From positions 112,385 through 176,384 of the forward strand of contig CBDBET010000005.1 in the NCBI GenBank assembly GCA_965204625.1: 64,000 nucleotides of DNA. Direction: 5' to 3'. Shown here in pieces: positions 40,738 through 50,794 of the stretch. How positions within the stretch are numbered: the stretch's first letter is position 1; each line of letters starts with the position of its first letter. The translations under genes and the position numbers were made by a program. The stretch comes from Schleiferiaceae bacterium (lineage in GTDB: Bacteria > Bacteroidota > Bacteroidia > Flavobacteriales > Schleiferiaceae). The notes beneath the pieces were generated by a model that saw nothing but the letters and a program-made list of their open reading frames with translations, searched no databases and was not told the DNA's origin.

Positions 40738-41328
40738 CTATTGGAAGAGATTACTTCCTTCAATGTACTCAAAAACTGCTTTCGGAAGCAAGTTGCGGAG
40801 TGGTTTTCCCTCTTTACAACTCTTCCTAATCAGTGTTGCACTAATTTCCATTCGCGGCGCTTGAACTAAAGTCACTTTAGGGTGCTTTTCAAAATGCGGA
40901 TTTTCGGGGACCACTTCAATTGCATGACGAGGGTACACGAAGATGTCATGCGCCTCAACGATACTCTCTACATTTTTCCATTTGTGTAATCCGCGGAGAT
41001 TGTCTTCGCCCATGATGAGCGAAAATTGGGCTTCCGGATGTTGTTCGCGCAAATAGGCCAACGTTTGTGCTGTATAATTCGGCTGAGGCAGCGAAAATTC
41101 TATAGAGCTTACCGTCATCCCTTCTTGATCTTCTAAAGCCAAATGAACCAGATGCAATCGCTCACGATCGGGCAATAAATTCGATTTCTTCTTGAAGGGA
41201 TTATGGGGTGTGACCACAAAGCAAATTTGGTCCAATTCTGTATAACGGTAGAAGAACTCCGCCAACGTAAGGTGCCCTATATGTATGGGGTTAAACGTAC
41301 CAAAGAATAAGCCGATTTTACCCTTCAT
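40738..41328 (-). CDS. nadD: nicotinate-nucleotide adenylyltransferase
   Basis: 196 aa, IGLFFGTFNPIHIGHL (HxGH), and C-terminal ISATLIR. Confidence 0.93.
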   Translation of the reverse strand: MKGKIGLFFGTFNPIHIGHLTLAEFFYRYTELDQICFVVTPHNPFKKKSNLLPDRERLHLVHLALEDQEGMTVSSIEFSLPQPNYTAQTLAYLREQHPEAQFSLIMGEDNLRGLHKWKNVESIVEAHDIFVYPRHAIEVVPENPHFEKHPKVTLVQAPRMEISATLIRKSCKEGKPLRNLLPKAVFEYIEGSNLFQ

Positions 41329-41329
41329 C

Positions 41330-41905
41330 TTACGTTGCTAAAAATTCAATCAGTAATTTTTTGGCTTCTGCTTTCGCTCGATCTAGGTCGTCGTTGATGA
41401 TGGTGTGGTCAAAGAATGCAGCTTGGTCCATTTCCCAAGAAGCTTTTTCAATGCGTTGTTTAATCTTTTCGTTGCTGTCGGTTCCACGGGCAATGAGCCG
41501 ACGCTCTAATTCCTCTATGCTTGGCGCTTGAATAAATAAGGCAAGCGCTTGCTCGCCATAAAGCGCCTTTAAATTTTTCCCGCCAACAACATCAATATCA
41601 AATCCCACAGCATTTCCTGTTTCCCAGCTCTTTTCAACCTCATTTTTAAGCGTGCCGTAACACGTCCCTGGATAGACTTCTTCCCATTCGAGAAAGGCCT
41701 CTTCAGCGACACGTTGCTGAAACGCTTCGTTAGAAATGAAGTGGTAATCCACTCCATCTTTCTCAGTACCGCGAGGAGCACGGGAGGTGGCACTGATACT
41801 AAAAGTGAACCCGGGCACTTCTTTTAATAGGTATTGTACCAACGTAGATTTCCCACTGCCCGAGGGCGCAGAAAAGATGATCAGTTTACCTTGTGAAGTG
41901 TTCAT
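41330..41905 (-). CDS. gmk: guanylate kinase
   Basis: 191 aa with P-loop SAPSGSGKST, TSRAPRGTEKDGVDYHF. Confidence 0.96.
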   Translation of the reverse strand: MNTSQGKLIIFSAPSGSGKSTLVQYLLKEVPGFTFSISATSRAPRGTEKDGVDYHFISNEAFQQRVAEEAFLEWEEVYPGTCYGTLKNEVEKSWETGNAVGFDIDVVGGKNLKALYGEQALALFIQAPSIEELERRLIARGTDSNEKIKQRIEKASWEMDQAAFFDHTIINDDLDRAKAEAKKLLIEFLAT

Positions 41906-41921
41906 ATGCTGTGGTCGTGGA

Positions 41922-42776
41922 TTAGAGTGTATTCCCGATTTGCTCTTTGATTTTTTCCAATTCGTCCTTCATTTGAACAACGTACTGTTGCATCGGCGCA
42001 TAATTACTTTTCGAACCTACAGTATTTATTTCTCGACCAATTTCTTGCGCGATAAAGCCTAATTTTTTCCCGGTATTTTCCTTTTGCATGGTTTCGCGGA
42101 AGTATTTAATATGATTCGCTAGGCGTACTTTCTCTTCGTTGATGTCTAGCTTTTCAATGTAGAATACCACCTCTTGTTCGAATCGGTTCGAATCTACCTC
42201 AACACCTTCTAGGCCCTTCATAAGTCGTTCGCGAACAGCATCTAAACGCGCACCTTCATGGGGCTCGATCCCTTTCATGGCATCTTCAATGGACGCCAGT
42301 CGTTCCTCGTAATCCACGGCAATCGAAGCACCTTCTTGAGTTCTAAATTCTAATAAGGCGGTAATAGCCTCGTGGAGCAAGCCTTTTAAAAATATCCATT
42401 CTTCATCACTCATTTCCGTTTTTCCGCTGCTCATAACATCAGGCATGCGCATTACCGCAGCAATCAAATCACCTTTGGTAGCAGCTTCTCGTTCTAAAAC
42501 GGTCAGTTGTTCGAGATATGCTTTTGCTAGTTCCATATTGATGCTCGAAGCACTCTCAATACCGGTTACCTCCGCGTAAATATTGATATCGACTTTACCG
42601 CGGTTTAATGCGGCACCCACAATTTTACGGATGTCCAATTCTTTTTCACGGAATAGGGATGCAATGCGCGCATTTAAATCCAGCCCTTTGCTGTTTAAAC
42701 TGCGAATTTCAACGGTGATTTTTTTGCCAGCAAATTGGCCAATGGCTTTACCGAAACCGGTCATGCTTTGAATCAT
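41922..42776 (-). CDS. yicC: YicC/YloC-family protein (stress-induced endoribonuclease family)
   Basis: 284 aa, MIQSMTGFGKA... start, and a C-terminal EIGREINTVGSK / KDELEKIKEQIGN signature. Confidence 0.9.
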   Translation of the reverse strand: MIQSMTGFGKAIGQFAGKKITVEIRSLNSKGLDLNARIASLFREKELDIRKIVGAALNRGKVDINIYAEVTGIESASSINMELAKAYLEQLTVLEREAATKGDLIAAVMRMPDVMSSGKTEMSDEEWIFLKGLLHEAITALLEFRTQEGASIAVDYEERLASIEDAMKGIEPHEGARLDAVRERLMKGLEGVEVDSNRFEQEVVFYIEKLDINEEKVRLANHIKYFRETMQKENTGKKLGFIAQEIGREINTVGSKSNYAPMQQYVVQMKDELEKIKEQIGNTL

Positions 42777-42816
42777 GGAAACAAAATTTCTGCTAAGGTA
42801 GGAAACTCAAGCCACC

Positions 42817-43746
42817 TTAGGCGTTGCGTCTACGACCATAAAAGCTCACGAAATAAACGCCAATAAATATGGCGGCACCGCCGAAAAGCATGTGAATACT
42901 CCACTGCTCGCCTCCAAAGAAGAAGCTCAGTATACTGGCGACGAGCGGCTGTAGGTAAATGTAAGCCCCTACCGTAGCGGGATGCAGGGTTTTAAGGGCA
43001 ATGATATTCCCTAAATACGTGAGGAAAGTGGTGCCGAGAATAACAAACACTACAGAACCAATTATGGGTCCGTTCCATAGCTCCCACGGTATTTCTGGAA
43101 TTTGCGGCCCACCAAAGGGTAGTACCAGAAATACTCCGAAAGTGAAGACCCACCGAATGACAAAGAGTGCATTATACTTTGACATCAATGGTTTTACAAG
43201 GACGAGATACGTAGCATAGGATGTGGCATTGATAAGCACAAAGACATTTCCGCGCGAAACATCATTACCAAAGAGGCCGCTAAGGTCAAATTGGTTCCCG
43301 GAATAGATGAGCCAAAAAGCCCCGAAGGCACCTAGTAAAATGCCGATTAGTTTTTCGGTTGTAATACGTTCTTTCACTAAGAGCGCACCCACGATGAGCA
43401 CCGCTATGGGACCACTCACCATCATGATCGAGGCATTTACGGGCGTCGTGATTTTTAATCCTTCGAAGAAAAACAATTGGTTTGCGGTAACCCCGAATGC
43501 AGCACAAATGAGCAGCCTTAGCACGTCTTTTTGAGGGATTCTGCCTATGCGGTCACTTCCTGAAATGGGAAGGAGCAACCAAAACAGAAGGGCAGCACCC
43601 GTTACTCGAAATTGAATAAATGCCCGAGGCGGAACGGCTCCTTGCATGGCGCTTTTTGCGATGAGAAAGGAGGCTCCATAGATGAGCGCAACTCCGAGCA
43701 AAGCGAGATGCGCAATTAGTACTGTTTTTCTCGCGACTGCCTCCAT
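42817..43746 (-). CDS. EamA/DMT-family transporter
   Basis: 309 aa, about 10 TM, duplicated EamA-like halves. Confidence 0.8.
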   Translation of the reverse strand: MEAVARKTVLIAHLALLGVALIYGASFLIAKSAMQGAVPPRAFIQFRVTGAALLFWLLLPISGSDRIGRIPQKDVLRLLICAAFGVTANQLFFFEGLKITTPVNASIMMVSGPIAVLIVGALLVKERITTEKLIGILLGAFGAFWLIYSGNQFDLSGLFGNDVSRGNVFVLINATSYATYLVLVKPLMSKYNALFVIRWVFTFGVFLVLPFGGPQIPEIPWELWNGPIIGSVVFVILGTTFLTYLGNIIALKTLHPATVGAYIYLQPLVASILSFFFGGEQWSIHMLFGGAAIFIGVYFVSFYGRRRNA

Positions 43747-43749
43747 GCC

Positions 43750-44097
43750 TTATGCTAGTGCCGCCGCTGCAGCAGCGACTACCTTAGGACTATTACCGAT
43801 GAAAATAGCACCGTCGTGGATCAATACAGGACGCTTCAAGAAGGTGTATTCTTCTAGAATAAGCGCCCGAATGTCGCCACCGTTCAGTGTTTTGTCTTTA
43901 AGACCCAATTCCTTGTACTTCCTCGCACGTTTTGAAAAGAGCGCTTCAGCGGATCCCGCTAAAGCTATCATTTCATCTACCTGCTTTTCAGTGATAGGTT
44001 CGTGCTTAATATCTTGTAACTGAACACCGTCAAGACTCCATTGATTCATGATTCGCTTACAAGTGTCGCACGTGCTGAGGTAGTAAATTTTTGACAT
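43750..44097 (-). CDS. ArsC/Spx/YffB-family thioredoxin-fold protein
   Basis: 115 aa. N-terminal IYYLSTCDTCKR (CxxC), FLKRPVL motif, and an unusual C-terminal KVVAAAAAALA. Confidence 0.8.
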   Translation of the reverse strand: MSKIYYLSTCDTCKRIMNQWSLDGVQLQDIKHEPITEKQVDEMIALAGSAEALFSKRARKYKELGLKDKTLNGGDIRALILEEYTFLKRPVLIHDGAIFIGNSPKVVAAAAAALA

Positions 44098-44103
44098 TGT
44101 TTT

Positions 44104-45426
44104 CTATTTTGCGAGCCAGGGATTAGGGTCTTGAATATAGGCATCTTTCCAGATGCCCAATTGGACCATAGTCTTTCCTTCTTCATCTGTAAAGGCGGTC
44201 CCAATGGGCTCTTTTAGGCTGACTACATCGCCGGCTTTCACCTTGACATTAATGAGATTGCTGTAAACGGTGAAGTAATTACCGTGACGTACAAGGACCA
44301 TTACATTGGCCCCAGGAATAGGCACGACCGAACTGACTTCACCTTCGAATACCGACCGAACTATTGCGTTTTCTTCTGTCGTGATCTCGATATGCGGATT
44401 ATCCACAATTACACCTTTAACTATGGGGTGCGGATGTTTACCAAATTTCCCAGTGATAATGCCACGTTCTACAGGCCAAGGAAGCGCACCTTTATTTGAG
44501 GCAAAATTATTTGCCAGTGCCCGGGCCTCGGGAGTCATCGCAAAAGACGGCCCATCATCTCGGACATCTAGCCCCTTTGCAGCACGGGTTTTATCAATAA
44601 GTTTTTTCAACGCCTTATTTGAGGTGCGCCTCGAATAATCTTTACCTGAAACAAGCCCTAATTCTTTAGCCTCACCCTCTAAACTGCTTCGTTCTGCCCG
44701 CTCTTTAGCTTTGCGCATTTCCTCGGCTATGATGCGTTTTATTTGTTGCTCTAATTGCTGGGCTTCGCGCTGCTTTTTATCAATATCCTTCTTTAGTGTT
44801 GATTCTTTTGACTGTAGATTTTGCACCGTCGTTTCTTGAACTTGAGCATCTGCTTGTAGCGCTAATTTTTCTCCTTCTTGGGCTGTTTGAACTTGAATTT
44901 TCTCGGCCTTTTTGGCGATGAGCGTTTCTCGTTCGCGTGCTAAAGTTTCCTGAGCAACAGCTATCTGTTGTACCTGTCGCTCGCGATAGGCAGCCATATC
45001 TTTGAAGTATTGCATGCGCTTCGCGGCTTGAGCGAAACTGCTTGAGCTTAGAATAAAGAGTATTTGATCGCGCGGCTTTTGCTGACGCTGTGCGAGCTTA
45101 ATAAGATCCGCATAATCGCTCTTTAAAGAATCGACACGTATTTCGAGGTTCTTAATCTCTTTGGCTTTACGCATTACTTCCCGGTCAATCGAACGAATTT
45201 GACGGTCCATCGTTCTGATGAGCTTATTGCGCGCCTCTATTTTTTGATTCAAAGTTTGAAGTTCCGAAAGGCTTGCCTCTTTGGTATTTTTAGTCTTCAA
45301 GAGTAATTCGCTCGCCAGATCAATCTGGTCTTGCAGCAGCACTTTCTGTCGCTGCAATTCTTCTTTAGTTTGCGCTTGCAAACCAGTAGTTAGAATGATC
45401 AGAAATACGAATAAAAGCCTCTTCAT
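44104..45426 (-). CDS. EnvC-like coiled-coil protein with degenerate M23/LytM domain (murein hydrolase activator-like)
   Basis: 440 aa with a signal peptide and about 250 aa of coiled coil. The C-terminal LytM fold has its catalytic motifs replaced: NPHIEI instead of HxxxD, YSNL instead of YxHL, VQLGIW instead of HxH. Confidence 0.8.
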   Translation of the reverse strand: MKRLLFVFLIILTTGLQAQTKEELQRQKVLLQDQIDLASELLLKTKNTKEASLSELQTLNQKIEARNKLIRTMDRQIRSIDREVMRKAKEIKNLEIRVDSLKSDYADLIKLAQRQQKPRDQILFILSSSSFAQAAKRMQYFKDMAAYRERQVQQIAVAQETLARERETLIAKKAEKIQVQTAQEGEKLALQADAQVQETTVQNLQSKESTLKKDIDKKQREAQQLEQQIKRIIAEEMRKAKERAERSSLEGEAKELGLVSGKDYSRRTSNKALKKLIDKTRAAKGLDVRDDGPSFAMTPEARALANNFASNKGALPWPVERGIITGKFGKHPHPIVKGVIVDNPHIEITTEENAIVRSVFEGEVSSVVPIPGANVMVLVRHGNYFTVYSNLINVKVKAGDVVSLKEPIGTAFTDEEGKTMVQLGIWKDAYIQDPNPWLAK

Positions 45427-46178
45427 TACAAACTGAATGGTGTATTAAAAGGTCCTCCAGTACGGATTTCTGTAACTTCAATGGTGACTTTGTAACCCGG
45501 TTGGCTTTTAATAGTAATTTCGATTACCGACGGATATCCGGTCTCCTCATCCACGCTTTTGTATTGAATAAAAACCGATTCCAGGGGATCTTCAATAAGC
45601 ACGTAATTCATCCGTAAGTCCCTATCTAAAGCCACAGTGACTGAACGGCCTCTGCTTATAGCGTATTGTGTAACCCAGTGATCACCGTTGGCGTCGTATC
45701 GATACCGCATGGCATCGTTGGTTCCTATTAGTTGTCCGCGCAAAAGCCTGTTCAAATATTGAAAGGGGACCTCAATGCCGGTTACGTCCGCGAGATCATG
45801 TGCGGAGCCGGTCCACTCAACACCAAGAAGTGTGGAAGAAAAGGCTGCACTATCGTTAATCACAATGGCTTTCCCCACGCGTAAACCAATCATATCGTCG
45901 GAAATAGCTGCCCAGAGAATACTGTCTTGTCTCGAACGAACCTGAACGCGAAAGCGTTGCTCTCCGTCCGGCGTTTCAGCTGAGATGCGTGTAAAAATTT
46001 GTGTCCATGCAAAGCGATCTTCAACGATAATCTTCCGTGATACACCGTCGCTAATTTTCTCCCTGCGCAGTGGCTTTTCGACAGATAAAGGACCGCCACA
46101 GCCTGTGAGCACAGCTAAAGCGACACCCACAAAAAGGTGTGCTGTAATCCTCAATATATGCCCCGGTCCGTCGTGCAT
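45426..46178 (-). CDS. DUF4292-like (LolB-like fold) lipoprotein
   Basis: 250 aa with lipobox LTGCGG. Size and position between the TPR and M23 genes fit the conserved Bacteroidota module. The family assignment is from memory. Confidence 0.55.
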   Translation of the reverse strand: MHDGPGHILRITAHLFVGVALAVLTGCGGPLSVEKPLRREKISDGVSRKIIVEDRFAWTQIFTRISAETPDGEQRFRVQVRSRQDSILWAAISDDMIGLRVGKAIVINDSAAFSSTLLGVEWTGSAHDLADVTGIEVPFQYLNRLLRGQLIGTNDAMRYRYDANGDHWVTQYAISRGRSVTVALDRDLRMNYVLIEDPLESVFIQYKSVDEETGYPSVIEITIKSQPGYKVTIEVTEIRTGGPFNTPFSL

Positions 46179-47821
46179 TATAACTGTTTTAAGAGGGCCT
46201 CTTTCTTTCTATAGACCTTTGCTTTCTCTTCATTTCCAAGAGCTTGTTCGATCTTCGCAGCATGTATATATGTGCCCGCGCGATCGGCCTCGTCGAGAAG
46301 TTGCAAAGCTAGTTCGATTTTAGCCTGTGCTTCTGCATACCGACCCATTTTATACAATACCCATGCCCAAGTATCTAAAAACGTAGGCTCAAGCGCAACC
46401 GAGGCATTACATTCTATGGTCAATTGCAATGCAACTTCTAGGTTTCCGTCATGCGTTGCTATATCCCACGCATAGTTATTCAGTGTTGTAGCGCTACGTT
46501 CTAGGGCCAATGCTTTTTCATATGCCTCGGCACCTAATTCAGAGGAATCCAACTGGAACCAGGCCGTTCCCGCAAGGGCATATAAATTCCCCGCGACCTC
46601 AGGATCCAGTGTCATTTCGGCCCGTGCTGTTGCCAAACGCCCACACGATATCCAACGCCCCACATTGTAATATTCGAAGACGAGCCCTTCCAGTATATCC
46701 TCGTCTGCATTAAAGTTTTCTTCGATGCTTTCTAGTAAAGCGATTTGTCCATCTAAATCACCAACTTCCTGGCTCAATGAATACGCCATTTGATACAATG
46801 CGTAGTTTGTGGGATTCATTGAGATAGCCGTGAGATACCCTTCTAAAGCTTCGTGCAAACGTTCGTTTTGAATGTGAATTTTCGCTGTGAGCAAAACGAG
46901 CTCAATGCGACCTGAATAAGCGCTTTCGAGGACAGGAAAAACACGATCAAATAAGGCTTTAAAAGAGGGACTTTCTCTGTTCTCATAGATGCTCATCACC
47001 ACGGGGACTTTATCTTCTAGCGGGACGCCTTCTAGTAGCAGTCCTTGTTCCATGTGGTAAAAGGCCGCCTCAGTGTGGTCTATTTTTTGAGCCATACGGG
47101 CCAACTCCATATGTAACGCACCGTTTTCAGGGAACGCCTCAACCGCTTTACTGAGTACTTTAACCGCTTTTTTTGTTTTCCCATTCCCATCATAATATTG
47201 GCTTAGTAAGCCTCTGTATTCCGGTACATCTGGGGCATCTTCAATGGCAGTTTTAAAACAACGTTCGGCAGATTTAGAATCGTTGAGTTGCAAGTACAAT
47301 CGCGCTCGATCTTGAACCAACTCAGGTGTGGTTCCTTCGAGATTTTCAATTTTCGAGAGTACATCCAAGGCACCAAGAAAAAGTCGCCCCTCTAGGTACG
47401 TGCTGTAACTTTCAAAAAGATATTCAGGTTGATGTGGAGCTACAGAATAGAGTGCTTCAAAGGAGCGCCCTGCCGTTTTAAAATCGCCTATGTTTTTTGC
47501 GCTTTGTGCTTTGATTCGCAGCAGCCAAAGATTCGTAGGATAGGATTCCACACCAACGGATGCGAGATCGAAGGCCTGGAAAAATTGGTTCTGGTCAAAA
47601 TGCATTCGGGCCAATTGGTACAAGGCCGTTTCCCTATATACCGGGTCCTTTACTAGCCCTTCGTACAGCTCCATTGCTAGTTCAGTCCTTCCTGTGATGC
47701 GGTAGGTTTCGGCTTTATAGAAGGTTCCGCTTAACGCAGAAGGCCCCTCTTCCGAAGGGCCTTGCGCATAAAGTGATGCTGTGAATAAAAGTACCCCAAA
47801 TAGGGCCAGCGTTTTGTGCAT
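46178..47821 (-). CDS. exported tetratricopeptide-repeat protein
   Basis: 547 aa with a signal peptide (LLFTASLYAQG) and many TPR-like A/Y/L helices throughout. Confidence 0.8.
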   Translation of the reverse strand: MHKTLALFGVLLFTASLYAQGPSEEGPSALSGTFYKAETYRITGRTELAMELYEGLVKDPVYRETALYQLARMHFDQNQFFQAFDLASVGVESYPTNLWLLRIKAQSAKNIGDFKTAGRSFEALYSVAPHQPEYLFESYSTYLEGRLFLGALDVLSKIENLEGTTPELVQDRARLYLQLNDSKSAERCFKTAIEDAPDVPEYRGLLSQYYDGNGKTKKAVKVLSKAVEAFPENGALHMELARMAQKIDHTEAAFYHMEQGLLLEGVPLEDKVPVVMSIYENRESPSFKALFDRVFPVLESAYSGRIELVLLTAKIHIQNERLHEALEGYLTAISMNPTNYALYQMAYSLSQEVGDLDGQIALLESIEENFNADEDILEGLVFEYYNVGRWISCGRLATARAEMTLDPEVAGNLYALAGTAWFQLDSSELGAEAYEKALALERSATTLNNYAWDIATHDGNLEVALQLTIECNASVALEPTFLDTWAWVLYKMGRYAEAQAKIELALQLLDEADRAGTYIHAAKIEQALGNEEKAKVYRKKEALLKQL

Positions 47822-48828
47822 TAGTCCATTCTTGAAAAATCACCTAAAGATAGTGAAGTCCACTTCCCGTCGACATGGGCTTTGTTGCCGATCATACTGT
47901 CTTTAAGGTGAATATTTTTAATCGTCGTTTCCGTCTGAATTAACGAACCTTCTATCGTTGCGTCTTCAACCACACAATCATTACCTAAACTCACGTTCGG
48001 GCCTACAGTCGCGTTTTTCAGCGCCACGTTAGAACCGATGTAACAGGGTTCAATAATGGTCGAATTTTCTAAGGTAATGTTGGTTCCGCGCAGTTCAGGT
48101 TTACCCTCGAGGTAGCCTAACATTTTACTATTGGTTTCCACGGTAATTGCTTTATTACCACAATCCATCCAATCGTTCACGGTTCCGGGCTTGAACACTT
48201 TCCCCTGTGCAAGCAAAGAGCTCAATGCATCGGTGAGTTGGTATTCCCCTTTATCCATGATATTGTTATCGAGAATGTGCTTTAGTTCGCTACGCAAACC
48301 TGGCCCATCTTTAAAATAATAGATACCTATAATAGCTTTATCGGAAACAAACTCTTGCGGTTTTTCAACGAAATTATTGATGGTTCCATCTTCACCGAAC
48401 TGAACAACGCCATAGGCAGAGGGATTATCCACTTGCTTCACCCAAATCACAGAATCAGCTTCAGTATCTAGTGTGAAATCTGCGCGGAACAGGGTATCTG
48501 CAAAGGCGACTACAATCTCATCGTCCATACTATCTGCAGCACAGTGAATGGCGTGGGCAGTACCGAGCGGTTTGTCTTGGTAATAGATGCTTCCTTTCGC
48601 GCCGAGGTCTTCGGCTACTTTGATAAGATTGGCTTCCACTTCAGCTCCGAAGTCCCCTATGATAAAGGCAATTTCAGTCACTTTTTTATCACCACAAACG
48701 CTCACAATATCCTCGACCAACCGCTGCACAATAGGCTTTCCTGCGATAGGGATAAGCGGTTTCGGTACGGTTAGCGTATGTGGTCTTAGTCTGGAGCCGC
48801 GACCAGCCATTGGGACAATAATTTTCAT
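47821..48828 (-). CDS. sugar-1-phosphate nucleotidyltransferase with C-terminal left-handed beta-helix
   Basis: 335 aa. MKIIVPMAGRGSRLRPHTLTVPKPLIPIAGKPIV (G-x-G-x-R-L signature) and a hexapeptide-repeat C-terminus (IGSNVALKNATVGPNVSLGNDCVV). Confidence 0.88.
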   Translation of the reverse strand: MKIIVPMAGRGSRLRPHTLTVPKPLIPIAGKPIVQRLVEDIVSVCGDKKVTEIAFIIGDFGAEVEANLIKVAEDLGAKGSIYYQDKPLGTAHAIHCAADSMDDEIVVAFADTLFRADFTLDTEADSVIWVKQVDNPSAYGVVQFGEDGTINNFVEKPQEFVSDKAIIGIYYFKDGPGLRSELKHILDNNIMDKGEYQLTDALSSLLAQGKVFKPGTVNDWMDCGNKAITVETNSKMLGYLEGKPELRGTNITLENSTIIEPCYIGSNVALKNATVGPNVSLGNDCVVEDATIEGSLIQTETTIKNIHLKDSMIGNKAHVDGKWTSLSLGDFSRMD

Positions 48829-48855
48829 CTGTTCTTAGGTTTTTTTGGTTGGTTT

Positions 48856-49290
48856 TTATTGTTTGCCTGTGCTGCCAAATCCTCCGGCGCCACGAGCGGT
48901 TTCATCTAAATCAATTACTTCATTCCAGTCAAACTGGGTGTATTGTGCAATCACCAGTTGTGCAATACGCATGCCATCTTCAATGACAAAAGGTTGCTTG
49001 CCATGGTTGATCAATAACACACCAACATCTCCGCGGTAGTCTGCATCAATAGTTCCAGGACTGTTCAATACAGTGACTCCATGTTTAAAGGCGAGCCCGC
49101 TCCGCGGGCGCACTTGTGCTTCAAAGCCGTCTGGTAATGCCATTTTAATACCTGTGGGGATGAGCGTATAATCGCCCGGTTGTAGTGTAACGGACGCATC
49201 GATATTCGCCCGGATATCCATACCTGCACTTTGTGCAGTTTCGAATTGCGGCAGTTCGTGCTTGCCACTGTAGATTACGTTGATCTTCAT
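48856..49290 (-). CDS. dut: dUTP diphosphatase
   Basis: 144 aa with motifs [27 protein letters not shown] and [10 protein letters not shown]. Confidence 0.97.
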   Translation of the reverse strand: MKINVIYSGKHELPQFETAQSAGMDIRANIDASVTLQPGDYTLIPTGIKMALPDGFEAQVRPRSGLAFKHGVTVLNSPGTIDADYRGDVGVLLINHGKQPFVIEDGMRIAQLVIAQYTQFDWNEVIDLDETARGAGGFGSTGKQ

Positions 49291-50741
49291 TTTCTCGTTG
49301 CGAATTTAAGAAGTCCGTTTCGTTCCCAAAAAAGCATAATTCCTAGATAGATTATACCGCCTAAAACTCTAAATGGCCCGGGGGCCCAATTCGTGTAATG
49401 CAAGATAAACACCACAAGGCAGGCGAAGCCTACGAAGGCCCCAATTTTCTTCCAACGATAAGGTACTGGATAGTGTTTACTGCCCCATAATGCACTAGCT
49501 ATAAACATGGCAAAATAGGCAGCCAATGTGGTAAATGCTGCGCCAAGAATTCCTAAAACGGGAATGAGGATCACATTGCCAACAACGGTGATGACTAAGC
49601 CCACAAAAGTGATGTAGATTCCGTAGACTGTTTTGTCGCTCACTTTATACCACACGTTTAGGTTGGTGTTGATGCCTAAGATAACATTGGCTAAAAGTAA
49701 GATGGGAACCAGTTGCAGTCCGGTCCAAAATTTTTCATCCACAAAATACTTGAGGTAATCCAGACCCGAAATGATCAACACGAATCCAACGCACATGACC
49801 CAAGCAAACCCATTCATAACGGTACTCATTCGTTCTGGTCCGTCCTTAGTTTTTGCATTTTTAAAGAAAAATGGTTCCGCTGCATACCGGAACGCTTGGT
49901 TGAAGAGGATTAAAAAGATAGAGATTTTATAAACCGCTCCGTAGATTCCAACGCCAGCATATGCGGTTTCCTTGGGAAGGAGGTATTTCAATAATTGGCG
50001 ATCGAGCATCTCGTTAGCAATACCCGCCAGCCCACCAATAAGAAGAGGAATACCAAAGGCCAAAAGGGTTTTGACGTACTTTTTATCTAAGTTGAGTTGC
50101 AACGGAAATAAGGTAGGAAGCAGCAGTGCAAACATTAGTACTGCCGCCCAAAAGTTGGCGACAAAAATGTAGCCCACTCCACGCATTTCGTGAGACCAAT
50201 AGCCGACACTGCCCTGCAATTCCCAATAGGCCGGTAGGAAAATATAGAGGTTAATGAGTACGTTGGAGAAAATTAAGGCCAATTTTATTCCAGCGAACCG
50301 GACCGCTTTGTTTGTTCTGCGAAGTCGAGCAAAAGGCAATGCACTCAGTGCATCCAACGCCAAAATAGCAATGAAATAATAGAGGTATTCAGGCGATTCT
50401 TGCCATCGCAGGGCAACGAGTAAATCATTTTCAAAAAATAAAACGAAGAGTCCTAAACTGGCTAATACCAGTGCAATCATAGCTAAACCCGCTCCGAAAA
50501 CTTTGCCTTCGTCGAAGCCCTCTTGTTCAGAATACCTGAAATACGCGGTCTCCATTCCAAAGGTGACGACGACAATAAGGAAGGCGATGAGAGAATAAAA
50601 ATCAACGTTAATTCCATATGCAGACTGGCTTAAGACAGCAGTCTGTAGGGGGACCAATAAAAAATTGATCATCCTTCCTAAGATGCTGCTTACGCCGTAA
50701 ATCGCCGTTTGACTAGCAAGTGCTTTCATTCCGTTGCTCAC
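49287..50741 (-). CDS. MOP-superfamily polysaccharide/oligosaccharide flippase (Wzx/MurJ-like)
   Basis: 484 aa, about 12-14 TM. Conserved neighbourhood with dut in Bacteroidota. 4-nt ATGA overlap with dut. Confidence 0.75.
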   Translation of the reverse strand: MSNGMKALASQTAIYGVSSILGRMINFLLVPLQTAVLSQSAYGINVDFYSLIAFLIVVVTFGMETAYFRYSEQEGFDEGKVFGAGLAMIALVLASLGLFVLFFENDLLVALRWQESPEYLYYFIAILALDALSALPFARLRRTNKAVRFAGIKLALIFSNVLINLYIFLPAYWELQGSVGYWSHEMRGVGYIFVANFWAAVLMFALLLPTLFPLQLNLDKKYVKTLLAFGIPLLIGGLAGIANEMLDRQLLKYLLPKETAYAGVGIYGAVYKISIFLILFNQAFRYAAEPFFFKNAKTKDGPERMSTVMNGFAWVMCVGFVLIISGLDYLKYFVDEKFWTGLQLVPILLLANVILGINTNLNVWYKVSDKTVYGIYITFVGLVITVVGNVILIPVLGILGAAFTTLAAYFAMFIASALWGSKHYPVPYRWKKIGAFVGFACLVVFILHYTNWAPGPFRVLGGIIYLGIMLFWERNGLLKFATRK

Positions 50742-50765
50742 AATTCAAATATAGTCTTTGGTCGC

Positions 50766-50773
50766 TACCTTTG
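50766..50773 (+). promoter_or_regulatory. candidate -7 box (TAnnTTTG) for the M28-gpsA-ABC gene string
   Basis: TACCTTTG, 21 nt upstream of ATG 50795. Confidence 0.4.
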
Positions 50774-50794
50774 TAAGGAAACAAAAATGAACTC

